DNA from: Chrysomallon squamiferum
Lineage: Eukaryota; Animalia; Mollusca
Length of the DNA stretch: 64,000 nucleotides
Assembly: GCA_012295275.1 (NCBI GenBank)
Contig: CM022672.1
Span: 22,444,001-22,508,000 of the forward strand
Direction of reading: 5' to 3'
Each line of letters opens with the position of its first letter. Position 1 is the stretch's first letter. Made by a program: the position numbers and the translations under genes. This document shows positions 45,658 to 59,600 of the stretch, one piece after another. Below the pieces are notes generated by a model. The model ran no database searches. It was not told the DNA's origin and saw nothing but the letters and a program-made list of their open reading frames with translations.

Positions 45658-47058
45658 TCTTTGCATTTCCTGATGCCATCAAGAAAATTTAAAACCAAAG
45701 ATCTGTGAATTTCAGTGTTACATCTTCTTGATTCAGTTTACAAAGAACTTTAAAACAACAATTTCTGTTTCCATGGTTAATGTTAAATGTTCTTCTTTAC
45801 AAAAAACTTTTTTCAAACCAATTTTCATGTTAAATCAGACAAAAGTAAATATCATAAATCCTTGAACAGAGGTTTGTATAATAATAATAAAACAAATTTA
45901 AAAAAGGATTTAGAAAATGAATATGATTGTAAAATAAAACATCTGTATTTTAGATCCTTTAATTCAAGTATGCCTAATTGAGACTTAACATCTTTAAGGC
46001 CTGGCATGGTGATAATTGGAAAAAAGTTAATTAATAATTAAGTTTTAAGAAGCTATATTTGAAGTTTGTTATTTGCATTTTTTCTAGTTTTGTTAAAATG
46101 TTTGTTAGTTTTCATTACATTTACATTTTCATGAAAAAAATAAAATGTGAAAGACCTTTTTAAAAAATTGAAAAAGAACATACAATGTGGCGGTATGTTA
46201 AAAAGTTTTGAATGAAAAATATAGAAACCTGTTTTCAGTAGTTGCAGTCTGTTTAAAAACAAGAAGAAAAAAGACATTATTGTGAAATTTTCAAAGCTGT
46301 CTTGTCTGATATTTAAGGATTTATGGTATTGTTTTCTGTTTTTAATGCATTTTCTGGATAATGGTTCTCAGGAGTTGGGCAATTTGGTTTTTTTTATCTG
46401 TTACATCAACATTCTTACATTTATCATTTTTCATTTAAGAACACTGTTGGTTGAAATTTTTGCTTCTGTTGCTGTGTTGGTGAAATAAATACTGTAATTA
46501 AAAAATCTTGTTGTTTCTTTTTTATTGTATACATTTATAAACAAGAATTCTAGCTGTGAATCATTGCAAAATGTGACACAGTCATATTGATGGTCTGTGG
46601 AAAACTTGCTGTTCATCAGAGGGTTTTTGTAGCCACAAGTCAATAAGGGCAACCTTTCTCAAGAAGCAGGCCACCTGAAATACAGCTCATAATTAGGTGT
46701 GTTGCACTACTAATAAACCTAATTTTCCTCTTGAAATCAGGCGTGTCCTTTCAAAAAGATCAGTGGCTTCTGTTTGCTCTTGATTAGCATAATATATGTC
46801 ACTTTTATAATAAGGATTTATAATAAATACATTTTTAATGTCCTAAGAAACAGAGATTACTTTTTTTTACTTTTAGCAATAATCACTAGGAGACATTTTA
46901 GTTTTTATAAAAGGAATATGACACTTTCAGGATAAATTTTAGCTACATAAAATACCGATAAGAAAGAGTTATTGTTTTATTGTTGTTTTAGGAAAATTAT
47001 TTTTGAAAACTTCTTTTTTATGCTTGTTGGAGAAGGTAATTTACTAAAGAAAACCAAC

Positions 47059-47090
47059 AATAAACATATGTTTGAAAAAATTTGTTTATT
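47059..47090. terminator. Opposed polyadenylation signals of the convergent M16 (+, AATAAA 47059-47064) and collagen (-, AATAAA 47085-47090) genes
   Basis: Two hexamers face each other 20 bp apart at the switch between + strand and - strand UTR-like composition. Confidence 0.4.
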
Positions 47091-47209
47091 AAAACAAAAA
47101 ATTCTACATTTGGCAGTGATTGAAATGGACGGTTAATGTAGCCCGGACATCACAGTTCTTATGGCCTGATATCTTGGTAAGCTAGCACCAGAGAAAAAAT
47201 ATATATATA

Positions 47210-47505
47210 CTTACAACTGGTCAAAATGCAGTTCTGTTCAAGTATCAAATGTAAAACAAATTTTCATTGGTAGAATTACTCAGAATAAAACTAAGCATCA
47301 TTGGTAGATATATATCAACTGTCATGGTGGAATTTGCTCAGTGTAAAATTAGTTTATTGGTAGAAACTACTAAATGTAAGTTGACAGTAATTTATAGAAT
47401 TTAGTCAATATAAAACCATCACTGACAGATAATTACTAGAAGTAGAATCAGTGGTCACTGGTAAAATTTACTCAATAGATAACTAACAGTCACTGGTTGA
47501 ATTTC
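47210..47505. repeat. Degenerate ~35-bp minisatellite (core CAYTGGTAGAATTACTCA) in the collagen 3' UTR region
   Basis: The core recurs about 8 times at roughly regular spacing. Confidence 0.6.
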
Positions 47506-48623
47506 AACCAATGATTGAGGATCATGCAAGAATTCTTGGAAAGAACTGCAAAATTTCCAGTTGCAATAAAAATGTATACATGTTGAGCACTAATGAATGA
47601 AAAATTGCAAGAAATACATGATAACAAAATTGTTAGCAAAGAAGAGAAAGCATTAGACTATTAATTTCATATAGACTAAACATTTTTAATTGTACATACA
47701 AACAATTGGCACATATAGATTCCACTATGCATAACATACATTTTATTTTTAATACCTGTACATGATAATACATAAGTGTGCAGTATTTTTTGCTAGTGTA
47801 TAATTTGTCCCATAGTCATAGCCAACAAGTTTTGATTTCTTTCTTAATTTTCTACTGATTGAACTCGTTAATATTCTTATTTGTTCTCAAAATGAGATTT
47901 TGATTACAATTGTCAACATGAGATTATGCTTTAACAATTCTTTCTTTTTTCTTCATACTTTACATATTAAATTGCTAAAATATAAAATAATGATGTTTTC
48001 TAAAATCAGTACATTTTATTTTTTATTTTTTTTTAATAAACAGCATGCATGGCAGAGCTTCAGATTAGTTAAGTAACAGAAAAAAATACCATTTTAAAGA
48101 AGTAAAATAATAATTTTCTTCATTTATATTAATAAAAAGAAAAACAGTTTTCTTAATTGAAATTTTGAATAACATATTTATAGAATGCTTCTGGCCATAT
48201 TTGAAAAGGACAAATAAATGGAATAATTCTAGAGAGTTCGTATGTGAAAATGATAATTAAGCATTTTTGTATTTTAATAAGGAATTTGGATTATTTATAT
48301 ACCAAAATTATAATTAAAAAAGAAAATCAGTTTTTAGACCAGTTGTTTTGTAAAAAAATGACAATTAAAAAAGAAAAAGTAATCAATTAGTATTGATTAT
48401 GACTATGGAAAAGTTTAAACATTTCTAGATTATTACAAATATCTGTGCTCTTCTACGTCAGTGCTGATGATACCTGCAGACAGACTATTACAACATGGAC
48501 GGATTTTTGTGAGAATGATCAAAACATGTATCACAATCTCTTGACAGAATTAACGGTCCAAATTAATTAAATGTCTTTTTTTTTTGTTTTATATTTTTTG
48601 TTATGTTTTAAAAAAAAAAGGAA

Positions 48624-50011
48624 TTAATGAAAACACACTGGGCCTGCCTCAAAGCCAAATTTCTGCCATGGGTTGCCATAGTCACCAGGCATAAAACTAA
48701 CAATTGGCAAGCGACTCAGTTTGTCTGATCTTACTTCAAACACAGTAAATCCATTTTGTCTGCGATCCTGTAAAACAAAAAATAATCAACCATTTTGAAC
48801 AATAAAATAAATTCAAATAAAGAATTAATATATTGTTAATTAGTGCCAAAAATATTCTAAGGTTATGTATAATAAATCTTATGGTAATCATTTATGTTTT
48901 TTGCATTTAAACCTTATGGTAATCATTTATGTTTTTTATCTTATTTTTGTTTCATTGCAAACACATTATTTAAATTATATTAAACTATAACTTATTATGT
49001 TCAATTATTATTAATATGTTTAATAAAAGTAATATAGATTTTATTAATTTTTAATCTTAAACCCACAAAATATCTGAGAAACAAATAACTGGTACATTTA
49101 TTAAATTAACTTTTATAACAAAAATAAAAGTTAATGTTTTTTTTGTTTTTTTTCCTTTTTATAAATATTAACCAAAATAATGACACATCAACAACTGTAA
49201 TAATAAACAAACTGAATAAAATAAAACAAACCATTTAAATCTTATTATATTTTTACAAAAAATAAATAATAATCATAATAATTAATAAATAAATTAGTTA
49301 ATTATAAAAACTTACCCTGCATCCATCATGTAGAACTTGTGACCTGTCAAAGTTCTCTGTATTGAACTTAGTACCATCGTCTCCTAGCAACGTGATTCCA
49401 TTCTTGTGATCCTTGGCAGCCTGATCGTACCAGGCCACAGAACCTGAGCAGTAGTAGGTGAACCTTTGACTGACCTCAGTACTCAGCATTCGAAGCAAAC
49501 TTATCTGAACAGTAGTCTGGGGACCGCCATATTGGACCTGAGAAAACCAAAATAAAAAATTTGTTATTTTTTGAAATAGAAAGACACCCCTCCCCAAACA
49601 TTTGTGACTTACTGTATTGTAAAAACAGGACAAATTTTATATTTTAATGATGCATGAAATATAAATGGAAAAAATATATTAGACCAATAATATTTTATTG
49701 CACCAATTTTTTTTCCAGATAGTCTCAATGTAGGACTGAATGAATGGATTAGTTTTCATATATTTTTTATCTGTAGTTATTCTGAATTTCAAATGATATT
49801 GAATAAAACTTAAATTATTTTTTTCATCACTGAATAAAACTTAAATTATTTCATCAGAAATTAAATAAATAAATAAATAAAATAATAAGCACACAAACAG
49901 TTGCTGTGAAAATTGATAAATTTCACATGTAATTACCTCTGTGCTGTCAAATGCCACAGAAAATACAAAGATAACAAAAAAACACACACACACACCTGAC
50001 ACACACATACA

Positions 50012-50070
<59 letters not shown>

Positions 50071-53000
50071 TTATTTATATTTTAAATTGCACTTTACCTT
50101 AAATCCATTTTTCAGATTATGGAACCATTGGTGAGGATTGTCTTTGTTACGCTGCCAGTACTGTTCAGGACTCTGTCAAAATATTACAAACCATATTATA
50201 TTAAATTATTATTTATACATAAATATAAAACTACACAAAAATATATATATATATATGCCTGTAACACAGATCATCATTCTTTAAGATAAATACAACACTA
50301 AACAAATTCCATATTCAGTTGTTTTTTTTTTAAAGTTATAAAATAATAGAACACTAAAACTCATTAGGATTCTGTTAAAATAAATAATATAAGACATTAA
50401 AAAAATTCCATCTAAAAAAAAATCTTAAACCCTTTCCCTGCAATAACATTTTATTACTGTTAACCACAAAGTGGATTTTTCCCCTCAGTCTTAAACAAAA
50501 CTTCTCATTATGCTTTGAGAAGCAGACCCACACCCAGAGAGACTCCCAAACAGAATACAAATCTTGTTGATTTTGCCAGGAGCTATTTTCATTTACACAG
50601 AAAAAGGGTTAAAATATAATTTATCATATTGTATTCCTCATTTACAGTATTTGTCACAAAAAGAGCATTACTTGGAACTTTTATTGCTGTAAAAACTCAC
50701 CATTTTTGTGCGAGATGTTGGAAAGATGCAAGTTTCACCCATTGCAGTGAGGTTACACCAGACCTTGCAGTGCATCATCAATGGACCCCATGTTAGGGTC
50801 AATCCAGTACCATCCTGGACAAATACAAAATAAAAAAACATAAAAACATCTTCTCTATGTATTTTGACAAGTTTTAAATCAGATATTTAAAATTCAGATT
50901 TACTGTTCTGAAAGTGAAAACAAAAATAATAACAAAAAAGTCTTTGCTATATATCTCAGCAATTATTAAATCAGTTATTAAATATCAGACAAACCACTGT
51001 AAGAAATAATAAAAATCATAACATAAAATGTCTTCTCTATATATTTCAACAGTTTATGAATAAATTATTTCAGTTAAAATTCAGACAAACTCAATTGAAA
51101 GTGAAAACAAAAATCATAAACATAAAATGTCTTTTGTGTATATCGGAACAATTAGTGATTAATTTTTAAAACTCAGGCCTCTCTGCTTAAAGTGAATATA
51201 AATCTAGTCTATTTGCTATTTTCTGTCTATTAGATAAAAAATAAAAAATTCAGTTAACATGTCAACAAAAGAGGAAAACAGACATTATTTAAATTAAATA
51301 AAAAATAAGTTACAGTATGATTGAAGTAACAGTATATATTCATCTTATTAATAATTAGTGAACCACTTCTAAACAAAAAATAACCTCTGAAGTAATATAT
51401 TCATCAATTTGACTTTTTATTACTGTAAAAACATAGAGATCAATAATAATTCTATGACCAGGCTCATCAATAAAAATTCATAGATAATTCAATTTTTTTT
51501 CTTTTTCCTTTTTTTTAGGGACTAGCATGTCCTTCAAGACTGAAAGGAGAAAAAGAAATGATACAATAATTATGAATCATTTCTGCATCTCTGAACCAGA
51601 CACTCACCGTCTTTGAAATCAGAATGACCGAATGCAATGTCTCTGCAGGACGTGGCTGGGTTTTCTCTGGTGCCTCTCGGATACTTGATGTTGTTCACCT
51701 CATCCTGCAGCCCGTCGATGTGCTTGAAAAGAATGGTTACCACTTCCTTCATCACGTTCTTCATCTTAATCTCGCCTCCATTCGGCCTGCTTCTTGCCAT
51801 CATGTTGGTCAACTGGCTCTGGATGTCATCGTGCACATCATAGTCATCGATGGATCGCTTTCTTCGCCTTCGCCTCCTCTTCCTCTTTGTTCCAGCCTTG
51901 ACATTGAGATCAGCAGGGACAGCAGCAGCTGATGCGTCACCTGGTGGACCCGGTTCTCCTGGGGGACCCTGTTGTCATGGAAATAGGTGAGATTTTGTTT
52001 TGTTTTTTTAGGTTATGGGCTTTTTGTTACTGGAGCGAATGAGTGAATATTTATTTAAAGACAACCAGACCTTTTTTTTTTAATATTAATGATTATTATT
52101 AGTTGTTTAAATAATTACTGGATGAATATTTATTTAAAAAGGCCTGAAAAGTTTTTAATATTAATAATTATTATTAGTTGTTAAACTAATTACTAGTGTA
52201 AATGACTGAGTAAATATTTAAAGATACAGAACACTTTTTAATGATAATGATTATTATTAGTTATTTAAGTTATAATTTTGTATACTAACCATAAGTGAGG
52301 AGTGACCCTTTTAAATAGTTTCTGTTACTTATTAGTATCAGTGGATCTTTCATATGCATTTTTCATTAAGAAAGCATGAAATAGAGACTTATTTAAACAA
52401 GTTAATAATTTACCTGTAAACCTGCATCTCCTTTTGGACCTGTTTCACCCTGATAAAAGATAAAGACAAAAATATTTTCAACAAATATAATATATAAATA
52501 TACAGACACATATATGGAATGACAACATATATTTTAAATATTTTATTATTTTATTCTCAAAAACCGAACAGTAGCAGGATGAAGTAAAAGGTGTGTTTTA
52601 AAATATTAAAATAACTTACAGGTTCTCCTTTAGGACCAGCTGGACCAATAGCTCCCTGTAATAAAACAGTTTGACAGTTATGAATGAATATTGATTTGTC
52701 CATTAGTAGTTCTCAGTCACACGCACACATACACACACTCACACACACACACACACACACAAAAAACACACACACACACACACACTCAAGCAAGCACACA
52801 CACACACACACACACTCACACACACACTCACACATACACACACACACACACACAGAGAAAATCATACAAATACAACTAATTCTACTTTTTTTTTAATGTA
52901 TACTCACTGGTGCACCTGGAGCTCCTTCAATACCAGGAGGACCCCTGGGTCCAGGCTTTCCCTAAAAAAAATGAAATTTTAATTATCATTAGAGCAAATG

Positions 53001-56000
53001 TATTTTAACCCCTTCTTATTTTACCACAGTATCATCATCAACAAAGCAAAAATCTGAACAAGATTAAAGATTACTGAAATATTATATGATCCATTAACAA
53101 GAATTAAAAAAAAAAAAAATGAACATAAAATCTAAGTTATGGAATAGCAAACATATACTGTAGTAAATCTGATATGATACAAAAAAGGATTTGGTGTAAT
53201 GAATCCAAAGTGATGAAACTGTTTTTAATTATGAAGCAGCTTGAAGCTATCCCAGTCTTAGGATGACTATCAATAACACATATTTTCAATGTCATTTAAC
53301 TAAAGTATATATATACACACACTACACATAATTAATATAGAAATCCCTTTTTCCAATAGTATATATATGTATTATTATGTAATTATGTAATATGTATTGC
53401 AAACAGTTAATACATTTTTTTTTTTTAAATTATATTTAAAGTGAATATTTGTGACAACAACAACTTACAACATCACCCTTGTCTCCTTTGGGTCCTTCAG
53501 GTCCTGGAGGACCACGTTCTCCTTTTTCTCCTGGATCACCATTGAGTCCCATTAATCCCATGGATCCACGATGGCCCTGGAACACAAGTTATAAATATAC
53601 TTGTGTATTTTGGGGTTTAACATACAACATGATGTAATATAAACAGATCTTATTAATTGTGAAAAACGTGTTTTGGTTTTAATATACTTCAAGATATAAA
53701 TGGATTTTTATTAACTGTGAAAACACATTTTGGTTTTAACATATTTCAATATACAGTAATAAAAAAAAAAATTAATAAATATTTTTATTAATGGAATTTA
53801 ATTGTTTTTAAGGAGTAAGTCAATTTTTATCATCTATGTATCAGTAGAAGCAAATGATATTTTATTTGGAAGATCTCCAGTGTTGAATATTGTTTTGCTT
53901 TTCTCATGATCTTTATCATCATCATCATCGATGCCATTGCTTCTATTATGATCACTATCATCAATACCCCCATTAACATCATTAACATCATTACTTGCCA
54001 TCATCAACATAATCATCATCATCATCATAATTATTATTATTATTATTACTGCAATTATTATCCAAGATAAGTAATATTTTTTTTTCTCAAACTTACCTTA
54101 ATTCCTTTGGGTCCTTTTTCTCCTTTTGGTCCTGAAGGACCTGCTGGTCCCTAAAAGAAAAAGTAATAAAAATAATAATTTTCATACTAATATCAATAAA
54201 GTAATCCAGAATTTACTTTAAATATGTTGTGAAATATTTTCATTTCAAACTTCACTATTAATTACTGTTGCCATTATTGTGATCATCATTATAATTGTTG
54301 TTACAGCAGTTGCTGTTGTTGGCATTATTATTACTATCATCATGAATCATCATCATAATCATCATTGTTTACCATTTTTATTGTTAGTGTTGTTGTTGTT
54401 GATACCTTTTAATTCTTACCTTTGAATAAAGAGCTCAGATACTGTTATTATGAATGGCTATTAATGTTTCTCTACAAGATATCTCACTGTATGATTTTTT
54501 TTTTTCTTTGAATTCAACATTGGGAATATATAACAACATTCTTAGACACTGATCAATAGATTCTTTTATTTATTTTATTTTTTTTTTTTTTTTCAATTAT
54601 TTCAGTTTTTACAATTTTTTCACAAGAATATTACTAAGAAATATCCAACAGACTTACAATCTGGCCCTGATCACCACTTAACCCTGGGCCACCTGGAGGT
54701 CCTGGCTCTCCCTGTAAAAAAATAAAATATTAAATTTAGTTATATACTGACCATAACAAAATTAAAAACATATCATGTAATATAAAAATTCTGATACAGA
54801 CATTCACAATAATACATTCTGATATACATATAACTTATGTAGAGACACATAAATCAATGCCATATAAATCAATAAAGGCAGTTTTCAAAATATTGTCAAG
54901 AAAAACAATAATTAAAAAAAAAAATATTTGAAACTTGACACTTTATAAATTATACATTCATATTTTGAATCTGATCAACATCATTAATGTTGTCTTAAAG
55001 ACATTTTTAAATAAATGAAGATTACATTTTACAAATGATGAATGTTTCTATGATTAAAGTAGAAGTATTACTTTTTTAATCATTTTCAATTTAAAAAAAT
55101 ATAAATATAAAATAATTTAATTAAATCTGAGTTTTAAAATAAAATCTTACCACTGGTCCTGGTTGTCCTGCAGGACCTGGAGGTCCTGGTGGTCCAATGG
55201 GGCCCTAAAATGAAACAAGATTCTTGTTAGTCAATAATTGCATAATCATATTAACAAAGAAAATTAAAATAATCTAATATACAGATTTAAAATTAATTTT
55301 TTTTAAATTAGTTATACCATAAAGATTATACTTTTAACATGAAATCAAATGCTGTTAATATGTTTCTCTTTCAAGCAGAAATTTATATATCACTAATAAT
55401 TATTTAATTTTTGTAAAGATTAGATTATGTCAATAATATAATAATAATTATTATTATTAATTTTTATTATTATTATTATTAGTTATTATTGTTGTTGTTA
55501 ATGTTTTCATTACTATTATTATTTTTTTTTATTTTTTTTATTTATTTACATATTTCAAAAATAAAGACAGGTTTAGACTTAGATATATTATTAAACAAAA
55601 CTTACAACTGGACCAGGAAGTCCTCTTGGTCCTCGTGGTCCTTGTTGACCTCGATCTCCTTTCTCTCCTGGTGGTCCTTCTGGTCCTTGGATTCCTGGTA
55701 TTCCCATTTCTCCCTATTTGCAAAAACAAAATTAAAAATTATATATATGTATCTCTGTTGTGTTTGTGTATGTGTATAATCATATTCATATTTAATTTAA
55801 TTTATCTGTGTAATAACGTAGCTAAATAAAATTATTGTTTGTATTTGTCTGTGCACCTGAAAAAAAATGTTTTGTGTAAATATATGCATCTGATATAGTT
55901 ATTACTAATAATTCAAAAACAAAACAGGTTTTTACTGATTGCTGAGTCATACTTTCTACTATATCACGGTAGTTTGAAAAAGAACTGTAATGCGTTGTTT

Positions 56001-56602
56001 TATTTATTATTTATAATTACTATATTATTATTATATTTTGTAAAACGTATATGTTATGTAGTGAGTACATACCTGTCTTCCAGTCCTGCCTGGTAAACCT
56101 GGTTCACCTTGCTGTCCTGGTTCTCCCTATAGAAAAAGAAAATAATAGAGAAAAAATAATAATAAAATAAAACAAACAACCTCACCAAAAATCCCACCAA
56201 CATTACTTTGACAGAAACATGAATTAACATATTGCAAAAATTAAATTTAACTATATTTAACTATATTTCTGTTAGTGCATGCATGAATATCAGACAGTCA
56301 GTACATCTGTACTTTAAGTAAAAAATAGCTATATATATGTAATACAGAGATAGATACATACAATACAAATAGGCTAAATGCACATATATATATTTGCAAC
56401 ACACACACACACACACACATACACACACACACACACCACACAGAGTCATACACATGTACAGAAAAATAGCCAAAACAGACACAGACATACATACATAAAA
56501 AAGAGCAATATACACCCTCAAGACCAGACTTATATAAAGGCCCTCACAAAATCAGTAGTAGACCAAGGTCTTAATTCAAACTGCTCATCAAGTTATTTTG
56601 TA

Positions 56603-56644
<42 letters not shown>

Positions 56645-59600
56645 GATACATATTAAGAAGAAAAAACATATTTAAAAAACCTACCAAGGCACCAGGTCCA
56701 CCAGGCTCTCCATCTGTTCCAGGCACACCAGGCTCTCCCTGTTAAAAAAGGAGAGCATTTTTATATTACCACAATCAACTGAAATTTGACTCATTATATA
56801 AATAAAATAATGATTATATAATGAAGATTATTTAAACAATTCATAATTCAAAAATTTCTGTATACAAATGTCAGTTTAATTTGTACAGTAAAATGGGATT
56901 TTATTTCCATTGTTTAACAGTATGAAATATGTTTTAAGTTAAATCATATTTCATTTATAAACAAATATAGAAAAAAAAAATCAGACAGACATATAGACAG
57001 ATTTTTGTTCATTTGATTTAAAAAAATTACTTACATATGCCAAATAAAAAATAAAAAAATTTAAAGATAATTATTTTAATCCAATTTATAGTTGTGCCAT
57101 AATCTTAAATTTTAAATATTATTTTCTTGTAAAAATGTATTACATATATGTTACCTTAATTACTAATTTATGGATCATCTGAATTAAAAAAACAAGCTCA
57201 CCTTAGGACCAGGCTCCCCTGGATCTCCTTGAGGACCAGTCAGTCCTGGCATACCCTGAAAAATAATTGTACATAATAAATATATATATATATATTTATC
57301 TTAATTTATACATTTTTATCAGAAATTTATTCCCCACCTCAAATAATATCTAAGTCTTCTTCTCAGGACTATAATTAAATTAGTATTAATTAATTATAAT
57401 TATAATTCAAAAAATATATGCTGAAAAGGAAGAGCAAGAAAAAATAGATTTATTAATAATGTATAATAACTGAGGTAAAAATAAATTATGATATTTAAAA
57501 TATAAGTCATCAAAGAAATATATTAAAAAATATGTAACACTATAAGATCAAACATTTTTGTTAAAAATATTATATATTTATGAGTTTGTATTATACCATG
57601 TCTCCTTTCTCTCCCTCTGGTCCTCTAGGTCCCCTGGGACCTGGTTCACCCTGGAGTCCTTGTCGACCTTCATCTCCTTTTGCACCATCCACTCCTGGCA
57701 GACCCTGAAATAGAAATCACAACTGAATGAACGAATGAAAGATGGATGGATGGCTGGATGACTGCATGAATATATATTCCACACATTTTATTATTTACTA
57801 ATGGCTATACAACATTATAAATATCTTTACTTTATTTGTTTATATTCTGATACAATGACAGCATAGAAAGCAATTGAATCTGTTTAGGTATTTTATTTTT
57901 TGTACTGGTTCTGTTTTTATAATGAACCTTCACAAATACTGGGCAGTCATTGCTTTGAGGAACAAAAGACATCCTCAGCTCATTGATATGCTAACACACA
58001 CACTCACCATTATGTTTTTGTATTTGATTCAAAGGACTTACCGGTCCACCATCAGTACCTGGTGGTCCAGGAGGTCCAGGATCTCCCTTGTCTCCTTTAG
58101 GACCAATTGGTCCTTCAGGTCCAGGAACACCAGGAAGTCCACTGTTTCCCTGGAAATGAGAAGATATAAACATCATCAAAGTAGAAATTCTCAACATCAA
58201 ATAACTTCTACTCTTTGTTATTCCCTTTTTTTTTATATATAAATTTCTGATATATTTCATAATTAATTAAATGTAAAATAATATAATTATCATTTACTGT
58301 TAAATTGAAGAGAAAAGTAATAATGTACTCACAGCTGCTCCAGAGGGTCCAGGATTTCCCATTGGTCCAGGTGGACCTGGTGGTCCCTGAGAAAAGAATT
58401 AATATTATGAATAAATAAACAGCAAGTCATAACTAATACAAAACAAAAAAAATCAATTCCACAGAGGTATAAAGAGTTTTCTTTGCATTATCAAAAAAAA
58501 AAAAAAAAAAAAATAACCAGTTTAATATCTGGCATAAAAGGAGTTAATTTTTCATTTGTGTTCATCATGTTTACTAAATGTAAGACATTAAGGAGTAATA
58601 ATCAGTCAACATTCCAATGGGAATTTGCATTTTTTAAATATAAGTAATTATAAAATGTAAAATATTTAAGATTCTAGTGATCACACTGAGGTCCAAATTT
58701 GCTATTTTGTTTATATATATAGACAGAGACAGACAGACAGACAGACAAACAGATATACTAGAAACTACCATTCACTGAGTAATTTTCAGATCTTGTTCAT
58801 TTTAATTTTAATGTTACCATCACTTCTTGTTTTAATTAACATGCTTTTCAGGGGTATATCCAAGAGTTAGAAAGGAGGCATAGGCTCGTGAGCATGATAA
58901 AATAACTCTTAAGGTGAAATAAGTTTCAATATGAAATATATATATAAACACACACAAACACACACACACACAAACACACACACACAAACACACAAACACA
59001 CACACACACACACGATACGAATAACTCGGCTGCTTTGAATTTTAAAATTATTCACCTTAACACCATTGTCACCCTTTTCTCCTTTAGTGCCTGGGGGACC
59101 TGGCATTCCCTGCATTCCTGGAAGTCCTGTGGGACCGAGTTGTCCTCTAGGTCCTTCTGATCCCTGGGAAACAATAAATAATATTATTATTTGTATATAA
59201 AGTTAATTTACTTTAATCAAAAAAAGAAAGAAAGAAAATTATTATCCATGTTAAATCTGAGTTCTTCTATAATCTAGGAAATACTGTGTATAAAAAACAA
59301 AAATTATTATATAAACTAGAATTTAATTATATTATTTGTAAACTGTTAGATGATAAAATTTTCATTTACTTATCATTAATGTTAAGTGTTTGAATGTTAA
59401 GAACCTGTTATAAGCATCAATGTTTAATAGTACTTCAATACAAAAATTAACCTGATGGAATGAAACAGACATTAACTGTTGGTTGCAGACTATATAAAAA
59501 TTAAGCTGAAATGAATAAATTATCAAGTAAAGGGTGTTTTTTTTCAGTTTTTCATAATTTTCTAACTGAAGTGTAATAACAATATTTTTATAGGAAGAAA

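Noticed and set aside
51624-51932. Plus-strand ORFs over the collagen junction exon
   Set aside because: Antisense shadows of a GC-richer coding exon.
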